Both the position numbers and the translations under genes were made by a program. Shown one piece after another: positions 1 to 9,529 of a stretch of 64,000 bases of DNA. Source of the DNA: an uncultured Planctomycetaceae bacterium (GTDB lineage Bacteria; Planctomycetota; PLA2); NCBI GenBank assembly GCA_964570285.1, contig CAZMXP010000010.1, forward strand, positions 10,512-74,511, read 5' to 3'. Positions within the stretch are counted from its first letter, which is position 1, and every line of letters starts with the position of its first letter. Under the pieces are notes generated by a model. The model searched no databases and was not told the DNA's origin. It saw only the letters and a list, made by a program, of their open reading frames with translations.

Positions 1-777
1 GACGGCGAGAGCGTCGAGTGCGTGCTCATCCCCGAGAACGAGCGCCGGACCGCCTGCATCTCGACGCAGGTCGGCTGCGGCGTCGGCTGCATCTTCTGCG
101 CGAGCGGCGCCGACGGGGTCGTGCGCAACCTCACCGCGGCGGAGATCGTCGAGCAGGCCTACTGGCTGCGCGGCCTCGCGGGCGAACGCCTCACGAACCT
201 CGTCGTGATGGGCATGGGGGAGCCGCTGCACAACGTGGGCGCGCTGCTCGACGCGCTCGCGATCCTCCAGGATCCGCAGGGCATGGACCTCGGCGCGCGG
301 CGCATCACGCTCTCCACGAGCGGACCGGAGCGCGGCTTCGAGCAGTTGCTCGCGGCGGCGCCGCGCATCAACCTGGCCCTCTCGCTCCACGCGGCGACAG
401 ACGGCCTCCGGCGCCGGCTCGTCCCGCGCGGCGGAACCGCTTCCGTCGAGGGGATCCGCGCGATGGCGCGCCGCTGGTTCGAGTCGACGGGCCGCGACGT
501 CACCTTCGAGTACGTGCTGCTCGGCGGCATCAACGACCGCGACGAGGACGCCCTCGCCCTCGCGGCGCTCTGCGGCCGCCACACCAACGTCAACCTGATC
601 CCGATGAACCCCGTCCCCTTCGCCCCCGCGCTGCGGGCCCCCGACCCCCTCCAGACCGACCGCTTCGCGGACCACCTCCGCCGGCGCGGCATCGTCGTCC
701 ACCAGCGCCGCCAGCGCGGCGACGACGTCGCCGCCGCCTGCGGCCAGCTCCGCCGGGCCAGGAACCCGTCGGGGTAG
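1..777 (+). CDS. rlmN: 23S rRNA (adenine2503-C2)-methyltransferase RlmN, radical SAM, 5'-truncated by window edge
   Basis: Translation from frame 1 shows CxxxCxFC radical-SAM motif (QVGCGVGCIFCASG) and the conserved RlmN C-terminal half; stop TAG at 775-777. Confidence 0.85.
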   Translation, partial: DGESVECVLIPENERRTACISTQVGCGVGCIFCASGADGVVRNLTAAEIVEQAYWLRGLAGERLTNLVVMGMGEPLHNVGALLDALAILQDPQGMDLGARRITLSTSGPERGFEQLLAAAPRINLALSLHAATDGLRRRLVPRGGTASVEGIRAMARRWFESTGRDVTFEYVLLGGINDRDEDALALAALCGRHTNVNLIPMNPVPFAPALRAPDPLQTDRFADHLRRRGIVVHQRRQRGDDVAAACGQLRRARNPSG

Positions 778-805
778 CGGCTTCGGACGAGGTTGAGCCC
801 CTTGG

Positions 806-915
806 CCGACGGGTTCCCGGCCTTAAGCTCCGGGTTTCGGGCCATCCCCCCAACGGGAACCCGTCGGCCCGCGGCTCGCGCATGGTCCGGGGTCATTACC
901 CCGACGGGTTCCCGG
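806..915. repeat. Three copies of 15-bp motif CCGACGGGTTCCCGG (806-820 direct, 853-867 inverted, 901-915 direct) in rlmN-gatC spacer; copies 1 and 2 can form a ~15-bp-stem hairpin
   Basis: Read directly from sequence; copy 2 is the reverse complement of copies 1 and 3. Confidence 0.6.
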
Positions 916-932
916 GTGGTACAAACGCGGCC

Positions 933-1253
933 ATGGCCATCGACCGTGAGGAGGTGCTGCGGATCGCGCGGCTCGCCCGGCTGCACATCGATCCGGGCGA
1001 GGCGGACGCGCTGGCGCAGGATCTCGGCCGCATCGTGACGCATATCGACGCGCTGCGCGAGGTCGAGATCCCGCCGGAGGTCGACGCGCTCACCTATTTC
1101 GGCGCCGACGTCGTCCGCGACGACCGCGCGGGAGCCTGCCTCGCCGCGCCGGAGGCGCTCGCGAACGCGCCGCGGGGCGAGGCGGGCTACTTCCTCGTGC
1201 CGAAGGTCGTCGACAAGGAGGGCGAGGCCGGGGGGGCGGGGGGGGGTGCGTGA
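933..1253 (+). CDS. gatC: Asp-tRNA(Asn)/Glu-tRNA(Gln) amidotransferase subunit C with a Gly-rich C-terminal extension
   Basis: MAIDREEVLRIARLARL...GYFLVPKVV is typical GatC; ATG at 933; stop TGA 1251-1253 overlaps the GTG start of gatA (GTGA). Confidence 0.85.
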   Translation: MAIDREEVLRIARLARLHIDPGEADALAQDLGRIVTHIDALREVEIPPEVDALTYFGADVVRDDRAGACLAAPEALANAPRGEAGYFLVPKVVDKEGEAGGAGGGA

Positions 1254-2719
1254 CCGCGCTCCACCGGCGGAGCGCGCGCGCGCTGGCGGCCGCGGTGCGC
1301 GCCCGCGAGATCAGCGCGCTCGAGGTCTCGGACGAGCATCTCGCGCGCGCCGAAGCGTGGAACGGGCGCCTGAACGCGTTCCTGCATCTCGACCCGGACG
1401 CGGTGCGCGCCGAGGCCCGGGCGCTCGACCGCCGCCTCGCGGCGGGCGAGGAGCCGGGCCCGCTCGCCGGGGTGCCGGTCGCGATCAAGGACAACATCAG
1501 CGTCGCCGGCATGCCCACCACGTGCGCGTCGCGCATCCTCGAGCCCTACGTGGCCCCCTACGACGCCCATGTCGTCGAGCGGCTGCGCGCCGCGGGGGCG
1601 ATCCCGTTCGGCAAGACCAACCTCGACGAGTTCGCGATGGGTTCCTCGACGGAGAACTCCGCCTTCGGGCCGACGCGCAACCCCCACGACCCCGCGCACA
1701 CGCCGGGCGGATCGTCGGGGGGCTCGGCGGCCGCGGTCGCGGCGGGGCTCGTTCCGCTCGCGATCGGCAGCGACACCGGCGGGTCGATCCGGCAGCCGGC
1801 CGCCTTCTGCGGCATCGTCGGCTGCAAGCCGACCTACGGTCTCGTCTCGCGCTACGGCCTCGTCGCGTTCGCCTCCAGCCTCGACCAGATCGGCCCCTTC
1901 GCCCGGGATGTGGACGACGCGCGCCTCCTGCTCTCCGTGCTCGCGGGCCCCGACCCGCGGGACGCGACCTCGTCGTCGGACGGCGTGCTGCAGGCGAGCG
2001 CCGGGGAGCCGGGCGGGCTCTCCGGCGTGCGCATCGGCGTGCCGGAGGAGTGTTTCGCGGAGGGCCTCGCCCCCGAGGTGCGCGCCGCGGTCGGGGCCGC
2101 CATCGCCGCCCTCTCGCGGCTCGGCGCGGAGATCCTCGACGTGAAGCTGCCGCTGACCCGGCTCGGCATCCCCGTCTACTACATCGTCGCCCCGTCGGAG
2201 GCCTCCTCCAACCTCGCCCGCTATGACGGCGTGCGTTACGGCAGGCGCGGCCTCGGGGAGGGCGTGCACGGCCTCTTCGCGGCGACCCGCGGGGAGGGTT
2301 TTGGACCGGAGGTGAAGCGGCGGATCCTGCTCGGCACCTTCGCGCTCTCCAGCGGCTACTACGACGCCTACTACGGGCGCGCGCAGCGCGTGCGGGCGGC
2401 CATGCGGCGGGAGATCGAGGAGGTCTTCACGCGCGTCGACCTCCTCGCCTCCCCCACGACCCCCACCGTGGCCTTCCGCCTGGGCGAGAAGTCCGATGAC
2501 CCCCTCGCGATGTACCTCAACGACGTGCTGACCGTGAACGCGAACCTCTGCGGCGTGCCCGCGCTGTCGCTTCCCTGCGGGCGCTCGACGCAGGGGCTGC
2601 CGATCGGGCTGCAGCTCACCGGCCCGCGCTTCGGCGAGGGGCCGCTGCTGCGCGCCGCCCGCGCCTACGAGGCCGCGACCGGGGAGGGGCACCGCTGGCC
2701 CCCGGAGATCGATCCGTGA
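1250..2719 (+). CDS. gatA: Glutamyl-tRNA(Gln) amidotransferase subunit A (amidase signature)
   Basis: GatA-like N-terminus and amidase signature GGSSGGSAAAVAAG; GTG start overlaps gatC stop; stop overlaps gatB start. Confidence 0.9.
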   Translation: MTALHRRSARALAAAVRAREISALEVSDEHLARAEAWNGRLNAFLHLDPDAVRAEARALDRRLAAGEEPGPLAGVPVAIKDNISVAGMPTTCASRILEPYVAPYDAHVVERLRAAGAIPFGKTNLDEFAMGSSTENSAFGPTRNPHDPAHTPGGSSGGSAAAVAAGLVPLAIGSDTGGSIRQPAAFCGIVGCKPTYGLVSRYGLVAFASSLDQIGPFARDVDDARLLLSVLAGPDPRDATSSSDGVLQASAGEPGGLSGVRIGVPEECFAEGLAPEVRAAVGAAIAALSRLGAEILDVKLPLTRLGIPVYYIVAPSEASSNLARYDGVRYGRRGLGEGVHGLFAATRGEGFGPEVKRRILLGTFALSSGYYDAYYGRAQRVRAAMRREIEEVFTRVDLLASPTTPTVAFRLGEKSDDPLAMYLNDVLTVNANLCGVPALSLPCGRSTQGLPIGLQLTGPRFGEGPLLRAARAYEAATGEGHRWPPEIDP

Positions 2720-4158
2720 CCTCGGCCGCGCCGGACTACCGCGTGCTGATCGGCATGGAGGTGCACCTGCAGCTCCGCACCGCGAGCAAGATGTTCTGCG
2801 GCTGCCCGGTCCGCTTCGGCGCGCCGCCCAACACGCTCGTCTGCCCCGTCTGCCTCGGGCTGCCCGGTTCGCTGCCGGTGCCCAACCGCGACGCGATGGT
2901 GCTCGCGCTTTCGCTCGCGACCGCCTTCGGGTGCGACCTCGCGGAGCGCACGAAGTTCGACCGCAAGAACTACTTCTACCCCGACCTGACGAAGGGCTAC
3001 CAGATCAGCCAGTACGACCTCCCGCTCGCGACCGGCGGCGGCGTCGAGATCGTCACGGAGTCGGGGGAAGGCAAGCGGATCCGCCTGCGCCGCCTCCACA
3101 TCGAGGAAGACGTCGGGAAGAGCCTCCATGACGACGGGGCGGGCCTCTCGCGCCTCGATTTCAACCGCGCGGGCACCCCGCTCGTCGAGATCGTGAGCGA
3201 GCCGGACATCGCGTCGCCGGAGGAGGCGCGCGCCTACCTGAACGCGCTGCGCGCCGTCGTGCAGTACCTCGACGTCAGCGACGGCAACATGCAGGAGGGC
3301 AACCTCCGCTGCGAGCCGAACGTCAACCTGCACATCCGGCAGGGCGGGCGCACCTTCAAGACGCCGATCATCGAGGTCAAGAACCTCAACTCCGTGCGCA
3401 ACGTCGAGCGCGCGATGCAGCAGGAGGTCGGGCGCCACCTCGAGCTCTGGGCCTCCCTCGGCGAAAGGGTGGAGGACCTGCCGCGCAGCACCCGCGGCTT
3501 CGACGACGTGCGCGACACGACCTTCGTGCTGCGCGAGAAGGAGGAGGCGCACGACTACCGCTACTTCCCCGAACCCGACATCCCCCCGATCACGCTGGGC
3601 ACGACGTGGCGCGCCGAGGCGAGCGCCCGCGTGCCGGAACTGCCCGACGCGCGGCGCCGGCGCCTTGCTTCCGCCTACGGCCTCACGGCCTACGACGCCG
3701 ACCTGCTCTGCCGCGAGCGCGCCACCGCCGACCGGTTCGAGGCGGTGGTCGCCGCGGGTGCGGCGCCCAAGCCCGCCGCCAACTGGCTCCTGGCCGGAGG
3801 GACCGACATCGGAAGGCTCTCCCCCGCCCGTCTTGCGGAGTTCGTGAACCTCGTCGAGCAGGGCAAGGTGGCGCGGCAGGCCGCCGCGCGCGACCTTCTG
3901 CCGCGCATGGCCGAGTCCGACAGGCCCGCGGCCCATCTCATCGACGAACTCGGCCTCGCGCAGGTCGAGGACGCCTCGCTGCTGCGGGAGGCGGCCCGCC
4001 GCGCGATCGCCGCGCAGCCGCAGGCGGCCCGCGACGTCCGCGACGGCAAGCAGAAGGCGCTCGGCTCCCTGATGGGCCACGTGATGCGCGAGACCGGCGG
4101 CAGAGCCGACCCGCAGGCCGTAAGATCGGTGCTTCTCGATCTGCTGAAGGAGCCCTGA
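2716..4158 (+). CDS. gatB: Aspartyl/glutamyl-tRNA amidotransferase subunit B
   Basis: MEVHLQL...KMFCGC...PVCLGLPGSLP is a GatB hallmark; 4-nt start/stop overlap with gatA. Confidence 0.9.
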   Translation: MTSAAPDYRVLIGMEVHLQLRTASKMFCGCPVRFGAPPNTLVCPVCLGLPGSLPVPNRDAMVLALSLATAFGCDLAERTKFDRKNYFYPDLTKGYQISQYDLPLATGGGVEIVTESGEGKRIRLRRLHIEEDVGKSLHDDGAGLSRLDFNRAGTPLVEIVSEPDIASPEEARAYLNALRAVVQYLDVSDGNMQEGNLRCEPNVNLHIRQGGRTFKTPIIEVKNLNSVRNVERAMQQEVGRHLELWASLGERVEDLPRSTRGFDDVRDTTFVLREKEEAHDYRYFPEPDIPPITLGTTWRAEASARVPELPDARRRRLASAYGLTAYDADLLCRERATADRFEAVVAAGAAPKPAANWLLAGGTDIGRLSPARLAEFVNLVEQGKVARQAAARDLLPRMAESDRPAAHLIDELGLAQVEDASLLREAARRAIAAQPQAARDVRDGKQKALGSLMGHVMRETGGRADPQAVRSVLLDLLKEP

Positions 4159-5477
4159 TGCCCCTCTCCCGAGCCCTCACCCTTCTGTTCCTTGCGACGC
4201 TCGCCGCGGGCGAGGAGTCCCAGATCGAATGGGTCTCGACCTGGGAGCGCGCCTTCGAGATCGCGAAGGAGCAGAACCGCCCCGTCATGCTCTGCATCAA
4301 CAGCAAGGACAAGGAGTCGGCGAACGAGCGCGCCGCGCGGGAGACCTACCACGACGCCGAGTTCGTCGCGGAGTCGCGCAAGTTCGTCATGCTCGTGCTC
4401 AGCACGCTGACCCATCGCGCGAGCGGCGTCTGCCCCCGCTTCGGCATCGTCACCTGCGAGGAGCACCTCGCCTGCTGGAAGGCGCTCGCCACGGCCCATG
4501 GCGAGCAGTTCACGTCGCCCGCGGCGAAGGGCGAGATGATCTCGCCGCAGCACGCGTGGTTCCGTCCCGACGGCACGCTGCTCCGGCGCCGCGAGTATGA
4601 GATGACGAAGACGGAGCTGCTCGACGCGATGCGCTCCGTCCTCGCGGAATTGTCGGGGGGCGCGGGGGCCGGAACGGAGGTGCCCGGAGCCCCCACCGGC
4701 CGCGATGCGCCGCTCTCGGATAAGGACCTCGCCGAGATCGAGCGCGCACGCACGGCGGCCGATCCCGAGTCGCGCGCGGCGGCCCTCGGCAACGTGCTCT
4801 CCACCGGCAAGCTCGCGGCGGTCGCGGCGCTGGTGGAGCTGCTGCACAAGGGAAAGATGGACCTCCGCTGCGCGATCCTGCGCGCCTTCGGCAAGGCGGG
4901 CGCGCTCGACGCGCGCTTCGCCGTCGAGGACGCGCTCAAGGACAAGGAGGAGCTCGTGCGCTCCTTCGCCGCGGTGGCCCTCGAGCTGATGGGACAGAAG
5001 GAGTCGCTCGAGCCGCTGGAGAAGCGCGTCAAGATCGAGAAGGACACGACCGCGCGCAAGAACATGGTCCGGGCGATCGGGCGCTGCGGCGGCGGCGTCC
5101 CGGACGAGGGCGCCGCCAAGCTGCTGCTCAAGTCGATGGATGCGGACAAGCAGGCCTCGGTGCGCAAGCATTCCGCGATCGCGCTGCGCGCCTACGAGGG
5201 CCCCGGGGCGGCGCTCGTGCTGAAGCCGCTGGAGCAGACGGTCGTGAAGACCAAGGATCCCGAGATCCGCGGGGCGATCGTCTACACGCTCGCGTACATC
5301 GGCAACTCGGCGACGACGGTCCCGGTGCTGCAGGAGGTGATGGCGAAGCTGAACGACGACATGAGCCGCGCCTTCCTGCAGACGGCGATCAACATCTGCA
5401 AGGGGCGCGGCGGCGACTTCGGGCGGGCGGCGTGGTGGCTCTTCGCGGAGGACCGCAACGACCCGGCGCGGCAGTAG
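4158..5477 (+). CDS. Secreted thioredoxin-fold domain plus HEAT-repeat (PBS-lyase-like) protein
   Basis: ATG at 4158 overlaps gatB stop by 1 nt; signal peptide MPLSRALTLLFLATLAAG; C-terminal repeated helical-hairpin HEAT-like units (AAVAALVELL, RCAILRAFGKAG, and similar). Confidence 0.6.
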   Translation: MPLSRALTLLFLATLAAGEESQIEWVSTWERAFEIAKEQNRPVMLCINSKDKESANERAARETYHDAEFVAESRKFVMLVLSTLTHRASGVCPRFGIVTCEEHLACWKALATAHGEQFTSPAAKGEMISPQHAWFRPDGTLLRRREYEMTKTELLDAMRSVLAELSGGAGAGTEVPGAPTGRDAPLSDKDLAEIERARTAADPESRAAALGNVLSTGKLAAVAALVELLHKGKMDLRCAILRAFGKAGALDARFAVEDALKDKEELVRSFAAVALELMGQKESLEPLEKRVKIEKDTTARKNMVRAIGRCGGGVPDEGAAKLLLKSMDADKQASVRKHSAIALRAYEGPGAALVLKPLEQTVVKTKDPEIRGAIVYTLAYIGNSATTVPVLQEVMAKLNDDMSRAFLQTAINICKGRGGDFGRAAWWLFAEDRNDPARQ

Positions 5478-5480
5478 ACG

Positions 5481-6668
5481 ATGCTCCGGATCGCCCTCCT
5501 CCTCTCGCTCCTCGCCGCGGCGGCCTCCGCGCAGGGGTGGGCCGACCGCTACCTCAAGGAGGCGGAGGAGAAGGCGCGGGCCGACGACTTCCTCGGCGCG
5601 GCGGCGATCTATGGCAAGTCCTTCGAGCGCGCGCAGGACAACGACGACCTCGAAACCGAGGCGCGGCTGGGCCGCTCGCTCCGCGCGAGTTTCGGGCGGC
5701 TCTGGAAGCGCGAGGCGGGCCCCGACGGCGCGGGGCGCGGCGGCCTGCGCGAGACCCTCTTCACGCTGATGAAGCCGCTCGACGCCGAGCGAGGCGGCGC
5801 GTGGCTCTCGGCGCATCTGCTCGCAGAGCAGTTGCTGATGCGCGCGACCTGGGCCGGGGACTTCCGCTATGTCGCGGAGGCGGCGAAGGTCCTCGAGACG
5901 CGCGCCGGCACGAAGAACCCCGGGCTCGCCGCCGGCGCCATGCTTGCGTACGCGCGCGGCATGCTCGCGCTCGAGGCAAAGCGGGATGCCGAGGCCGGCG
6001 ACTCCCTGACCAGTGCCGTGGAGACGATGGTGCGGGAGGGCTGGAGCGATCTCGCCTTCTTCGCCGGCACCGAACTGGCCGCGCTCCACGCCCGCGCGGG
6101 GAAGGAGGGCGCGGCGTCGGAGGTGATGGCGCGGATCGCTACGCTCTGCCCCGCGGATGGCGATCCGCAACTGACCGAGATCTGGGAGCGCGTCGTCAAG
6201 GCGCGCCTCGGCGGGGCGCCGGCGGCGGTGCGACGCCCCTGCGAGGCCGCGCTCGAGGCGCAGCGCAAGGCGGGCAGCACCGGGGTCCCTCCCGGGGAGG
6301 AGGGCGAGGGGGCGACCGGCGGCGCGACGGCGACGTCGCTTCTGGGCCGCCGCCTCCCCGGCCTGTCGAAGCGCAAGCCGATCATGCAGGCCCTGCGCTC
6401 CCCGGCGGGTTTCGGCCTCAAGACCGAATTCGACGACCGCTTCAAGTTCACGCAGCCCTACCTGCCGGGCGTCCGCCACCGCGGCAACCAGGGCATCTCG
6501 CTCTCGTTCTTCGGCGCCGCGGTTGCTCTCGCGAAGTTCGACCTGACCGGCAAGGAGGACGACCCGAGGAGCTATCCGCTCCCTTCGCCCTTCGAGTGCT
6601 TCTACCACCTCGCCAACGGCGAGGAGTGGCGCATCACGAAGGGGGGGGCGGTGACGGTGGAGAGGTAG
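5481..6668 (+). CDS. Hypothetical secreted protein (signal peptide, helical repeat N-terminal half)
   Basis: ATG 5481, signal peptide MLRIALLLSLLAAAASAQG, consistent codon bias over the full ORF. Confidence 0.55.
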   Translation: MLRIALLLSLLAAAASAQGWADRYLKEAEEKARADDFLGAAAIYGKSFERAQDNDDLETEARLGRSLRASFGRLWKREAGPDGAGRGGLRETLFTLMKPLDAERGGAWLSAHLLAEQLLMRATWAGDFRYVAEAAKVLETRAGTKNPGLAAGAMLAYARGMLALEAKRDAEAGDSLTSAVETMVREGWSDLAFFAGTELAALHARAGKEGAASEVMARIATLCPADGDPQLTEIWERVVKARLGGAPAAVRRPCEAALEAQRKAGSTGVPPGEEGEGATGGATATSLLGRRLPGLSKRKPIMQALRSPAGFGLKTEFDDRFKFTQPYLPGVRHRGNQGISLSFFGAAVALAKFDLTGKEDDPRSYPLPSPFECFYHLANGEEWRITKGGAVTVER

Positions 6669-6736
6669 CCGCGGCGCGCGTCGGGGCACGCTGCATGCCG
6701 CGCCCCTGTCCCGCTTGGCGCAAAGGCGTCGCCCGC

Positions 6737-9370
6737 CTATCGAATCTGGATGCGGAGGCCCGCGTCGCCCGTCCGGACCTCTTTAATCTCCCCCTTGAGC
6801 CCCCTCTCTCTCAATTCCGCGCGGAGAGTCCAGGGCCCCGGTTCGTCGGAAGGGACCGGTACGGCAAACCGACCCTCCCGATCCGATGGCGCGGCATAGC
6901 TGACCCTGTCCCCTTCCCGGACCTGCACGGACGCCCCCGCCACGGGAGTGCCATCGGCCAGGATCACGACGCCCGAAATCGTGAGTGCTGTGCGGAGAGA
7001 GAGCGTCACCTCCTGGCCCGCAGGCAGAAGCGTGAGCGAGCGGGGCGCGACCACGTCGTCACGGCCTTGGGGCCGATGCGCCATCAGGGTGATCTCCCTC
7101 GCGTGGAGTCCGGTGAACACGGCGATGCCGTGCTCGTCGGTCAGCGTGCGCGCCCGGTCGGCGGAAACGGGGACCTGTGCCGCTGCGGTACCGTCGGGAT
7201 AGACCACCCGGACCCGCAGCGTCCGGTCCTTCTCGATCATGCGGACGCGCAACAGAACGCCCGCTGCACCGGACGCGACGCCCGCCACGCTGCCCGCATA
7301 GTCACCGCGCTCGATGGTGCGGCGCTCGGTCTCGACCCCGAAGAACTCGACGACAAAGGTCTCACCCCGGGGAACCTCCAGCGTGAAATCGCCGTCCGCG
7401 TCCGCCTGCGCGGACGCGACCTGCCGGCCGTTCTTAGTCGCGGCGACCCACGCCTCCCCCAAGGGCTGCCCGGCCTCCGCCGAGATCGTGCCGGTGATGG
7501 TCGACGCCTTCCGAAGGACGAGGCGGAACTCGTCCAAGTCGCCCTCGACGGTCACCTCCTCGCGCAGCAGGCCGCGCCCGGTTGCGAAGGGGTGCGCCGT
7601 GATTTTCGTGACCGATCCGGGGACGAAAAAGGTGACCCGTCCCTGGGCGTTCGACTGGCCATTGAAGCCGGGTGCGCCCGCCTCGACAGTAACAAAAACC
7701 GTCGGGACGGGGACACCCTCCTCGTCGACCACCGTGACCGTGAATTCCCTCCCCTCGGGTAGCACCACCTTCACATCGAGCAGGTCCGCACCCTCGGTGA
7801 CGACGAGCGGCCGATTCTCGGCTGATGCGCCCGGGCGTCGCACTTGCAGTTCGAATCGACCCGGCGAGAGGTCTGCGAAGCGGAAGCGCCCCAAGTCGTC
7901 GGTCCGCCGCGACTCGGATGCGCCGTAGAACGAATTCAGGACGGGTTCGGCGCCCCGCAGGCGACCGCGATCGCTGTTGTAGCCCGACAGGGTCACCTCG
8001 ACTCGCGTCGCGGGCGCACCGGCGCTGCTGACGACACTGCCGGCGATCAGACGGGCGGTCGGCAGGCGGACGTCGCCGAGGTCGATCACGCCGGGGCCGT
8101 TCGGATGCGGGTCGAAGTCGAGCAGGTAGCGGCCATGACCCTGCGCCATCGCGATCAACGTGTGGGGCATCTCGCGGCTCAGCCCCGAGAGCAGGAAACG
8201 GCCCTCGCCGTCCGAGGTGCTTGCCCGCGTGCAGATCCGCTGATCGCTGCCGCGAAACACGGAGCCGATCGAAGAGAGGGTCGCACCGGCCACCGGCAGT
8301 CCGGTCGCGCCGAGAAGCCGCCCCGTCACCGAATCGCCTTTGGAGAGGGCGAAGTCATGGGAGTCGCCGGCGACGAGCCATTGGGCCCTCCCGTAGCCGT
8401 CGGCTACGCAGTGGATGTCGTCGACCCCGACGCCGAGCCAGCCCGGAAGCACATTGCGCCCGCTCGCATCGCTCAAGACCGAAGGCGACATCACCCAGTT
8501 CATCCCGACGCGCGCGTTGGCAATGGCGGCACCGGTGGCTGCGTCGGTCACAACCCCCGTCAACGTCCTGCCCTCGACGAGCGTCACGAGGTGCTCGTGC
8601 TCGCCCTCCTCGGGCAGCACGACGGTCTCCCACCCGTGATAGCCGAGCGCTGCGGGACTGACATCCATCGTGTAGGCCGCGGCACCGGGAAGCGCGCCTA
8701 GCGTGCAGCGTCCCCGCTCATCGGTGACGCCGTGCAGCGTCGGGGCCTCGCCGTCGGTACGCCAGATCCGCACTTTCGTGCCCGACGCGGGAGCGCCGCG
8801 CTCGTCGCGCGTGACGACGGTGAGCCGGACTCCAGGCTCCATCTCGATGCGCACCCGCTCCCCCGCCTCACGATCCGCAAGCTCCAGCGAGGCATAGCCC
8901 TCGGCGCTGACATGCAGCGCCACCTCGGACCCCCGCCTCAGGCGCAGAGAGAAGGTGCCGTCGCGGCTGCTGACGGTGCGCGGCCCCTCGACAGTTGCGA
9001 AGTATCCGTCGTGGTTGAGCACACCTGCCCTGCGCCATGGATAGGTGAGGACTTGCAGTGCCGCGCCGGCCACGGGGGCGCCATCCTCCTTGCGCACGAC
9101 GATGCCGTGGAGGTCCAGCTCCCGGTCCACCGCCGCGAGGTCCACGGGCGGCGGCGGGACGACGCGGGAGTGGGCATCGACTGCACCATCCCTCTTGGCC
9201 GTCTCGCCGGACTGCGCATCCGACGGCGCCCCTCGGCCCCTCCGTTCCGTACGAGCCGCGGAACCCTCAGAACCTCGGCCGGTACGCCCGAAGAGATCCG
9301 AGGTCCCCACGAGCCAACCGACCAGCGCGACGGCGATGAGACCGAGGAGCCCAAGCCACCGCTTCGCCAT
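6737..9370 (-). CDS. Large secreted multi-repeat protein with carboxypeptidase-regulatory-like (CarbopepD_reg / Ig-like beta-sandwich) domains, N-terminal signal anchor
   Basis: Internal ATG (revcomp 9368-9370) gives MAKRWLGLLGLIAVALVGWLVG signal anchor; many repeats of the pattern V.G.V.D..G.P..GA.V...; the upstream 417 codons of the track ORF are antisense to the real gene at 9530-10603. Confidence 0.7.
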   Translation of the reverse strand: MAKRWLGLLGLIAVALVGWLVGTSDLFGRTGRGSEGSAARTERRGRGAPSDAQSGETAKRDGAVDAHSRVVPPPPVDLAAVDRELDLHGIVVRKEDGAPVAGAALQVLTYPWRRAGVLNHDGYFATVEGPRTVSSRDGTFSLRLRRGSEVALHVSAEGYASLELADREAGERVRIEMEPGVRLTVVTRDERGAPASGTKVRIWRTDGEAPTLHGVTDERGRCTLGALPGAAAYTMDVSPAALGYHGWETVVLPEEGEHEHLVTLVEGRTLTGVVTDAATGAAIANARVGMNWVMSPSVLSDASGRNVLPGWLGVGVDDIHCVADGYGRAQWLVAGDSHDFALSKGDSVTGRLLGATGLPVAGATLSSIGSVFRGSDQRICTRASTSDGEGRFLLSGLSREMPHTLIAMAQGHGRYLLDFDPHPNGPGVIDLGDVRLPTARLIAGSVVSSAGAPATRVEVTLSGYNSDRGRLRGAEPVLNSFYGASESRRTDDLGRFRFADLSPGRFELQVRRPGASAENRPLVVTEGADLLDVKVVLPEGREFTVTVVDEEGVPVPTVFVTVEAGAPGFNGQSNAQGRVTFFVPGSVTKITAHPFATGRGLLREEVTVEGDLDEFRLVLRKASTITGTISAEAGQPLGEAWVAATKNGRQVASAQADADGDFTLEVPRGETFVVEFFGVETERRTIERGDYAGSVAGVASGAAGVLLRVRMIEKDRTLRVRVVYPDGTAAAQVPVSADRARTLTDEHGIAVFTGLHAREITLMAHRPQGRDDVVAPRSLTLLPAGQEVTLSLRTALTISGVVILADGTPVAGASVQVREGDRVSYAAPSDREGRFAVPVPSDEPGPWTLRAELRERGLKGEIKEVRTGDAGLRIQIR

Positions 9371-9529
9371 CAGATCTCTCCTGATCACCTCGCACCCCCC
9401 GGCAGCGCCGTCCGGCCACGCTGACCCGTCCCGGAACACGCCCCCCCGGGGGCCATAGCATACGGGTTCGCCACGGTCTCCGCAGGCCCCCCCATCTCGG
9501 CGCGAGCCCCCGCTACAATCGCCGACCTC

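Noticed and set aside
1187-2692. 501-aa antisense ORF across gatA (similar ones on many frames, e.g. 2665-4080, 3690-6689 at 999 aa, 13021-14514, 15447-17381, 19129-21018, 21726-23384, 25996-27624, 36690-39281, 40167-42572, 42556-44262, 46187-47776, 47668-50100)
   Set aside because: At 70%+ GC, stop codons are rare on all frames. These ORFs are Arg/Ala/Gly/Pro-rich low-complexity translations lying antisense or out-of-frame to genes with clear family signatures, and they show no motif or GC3 periodicity of their own.
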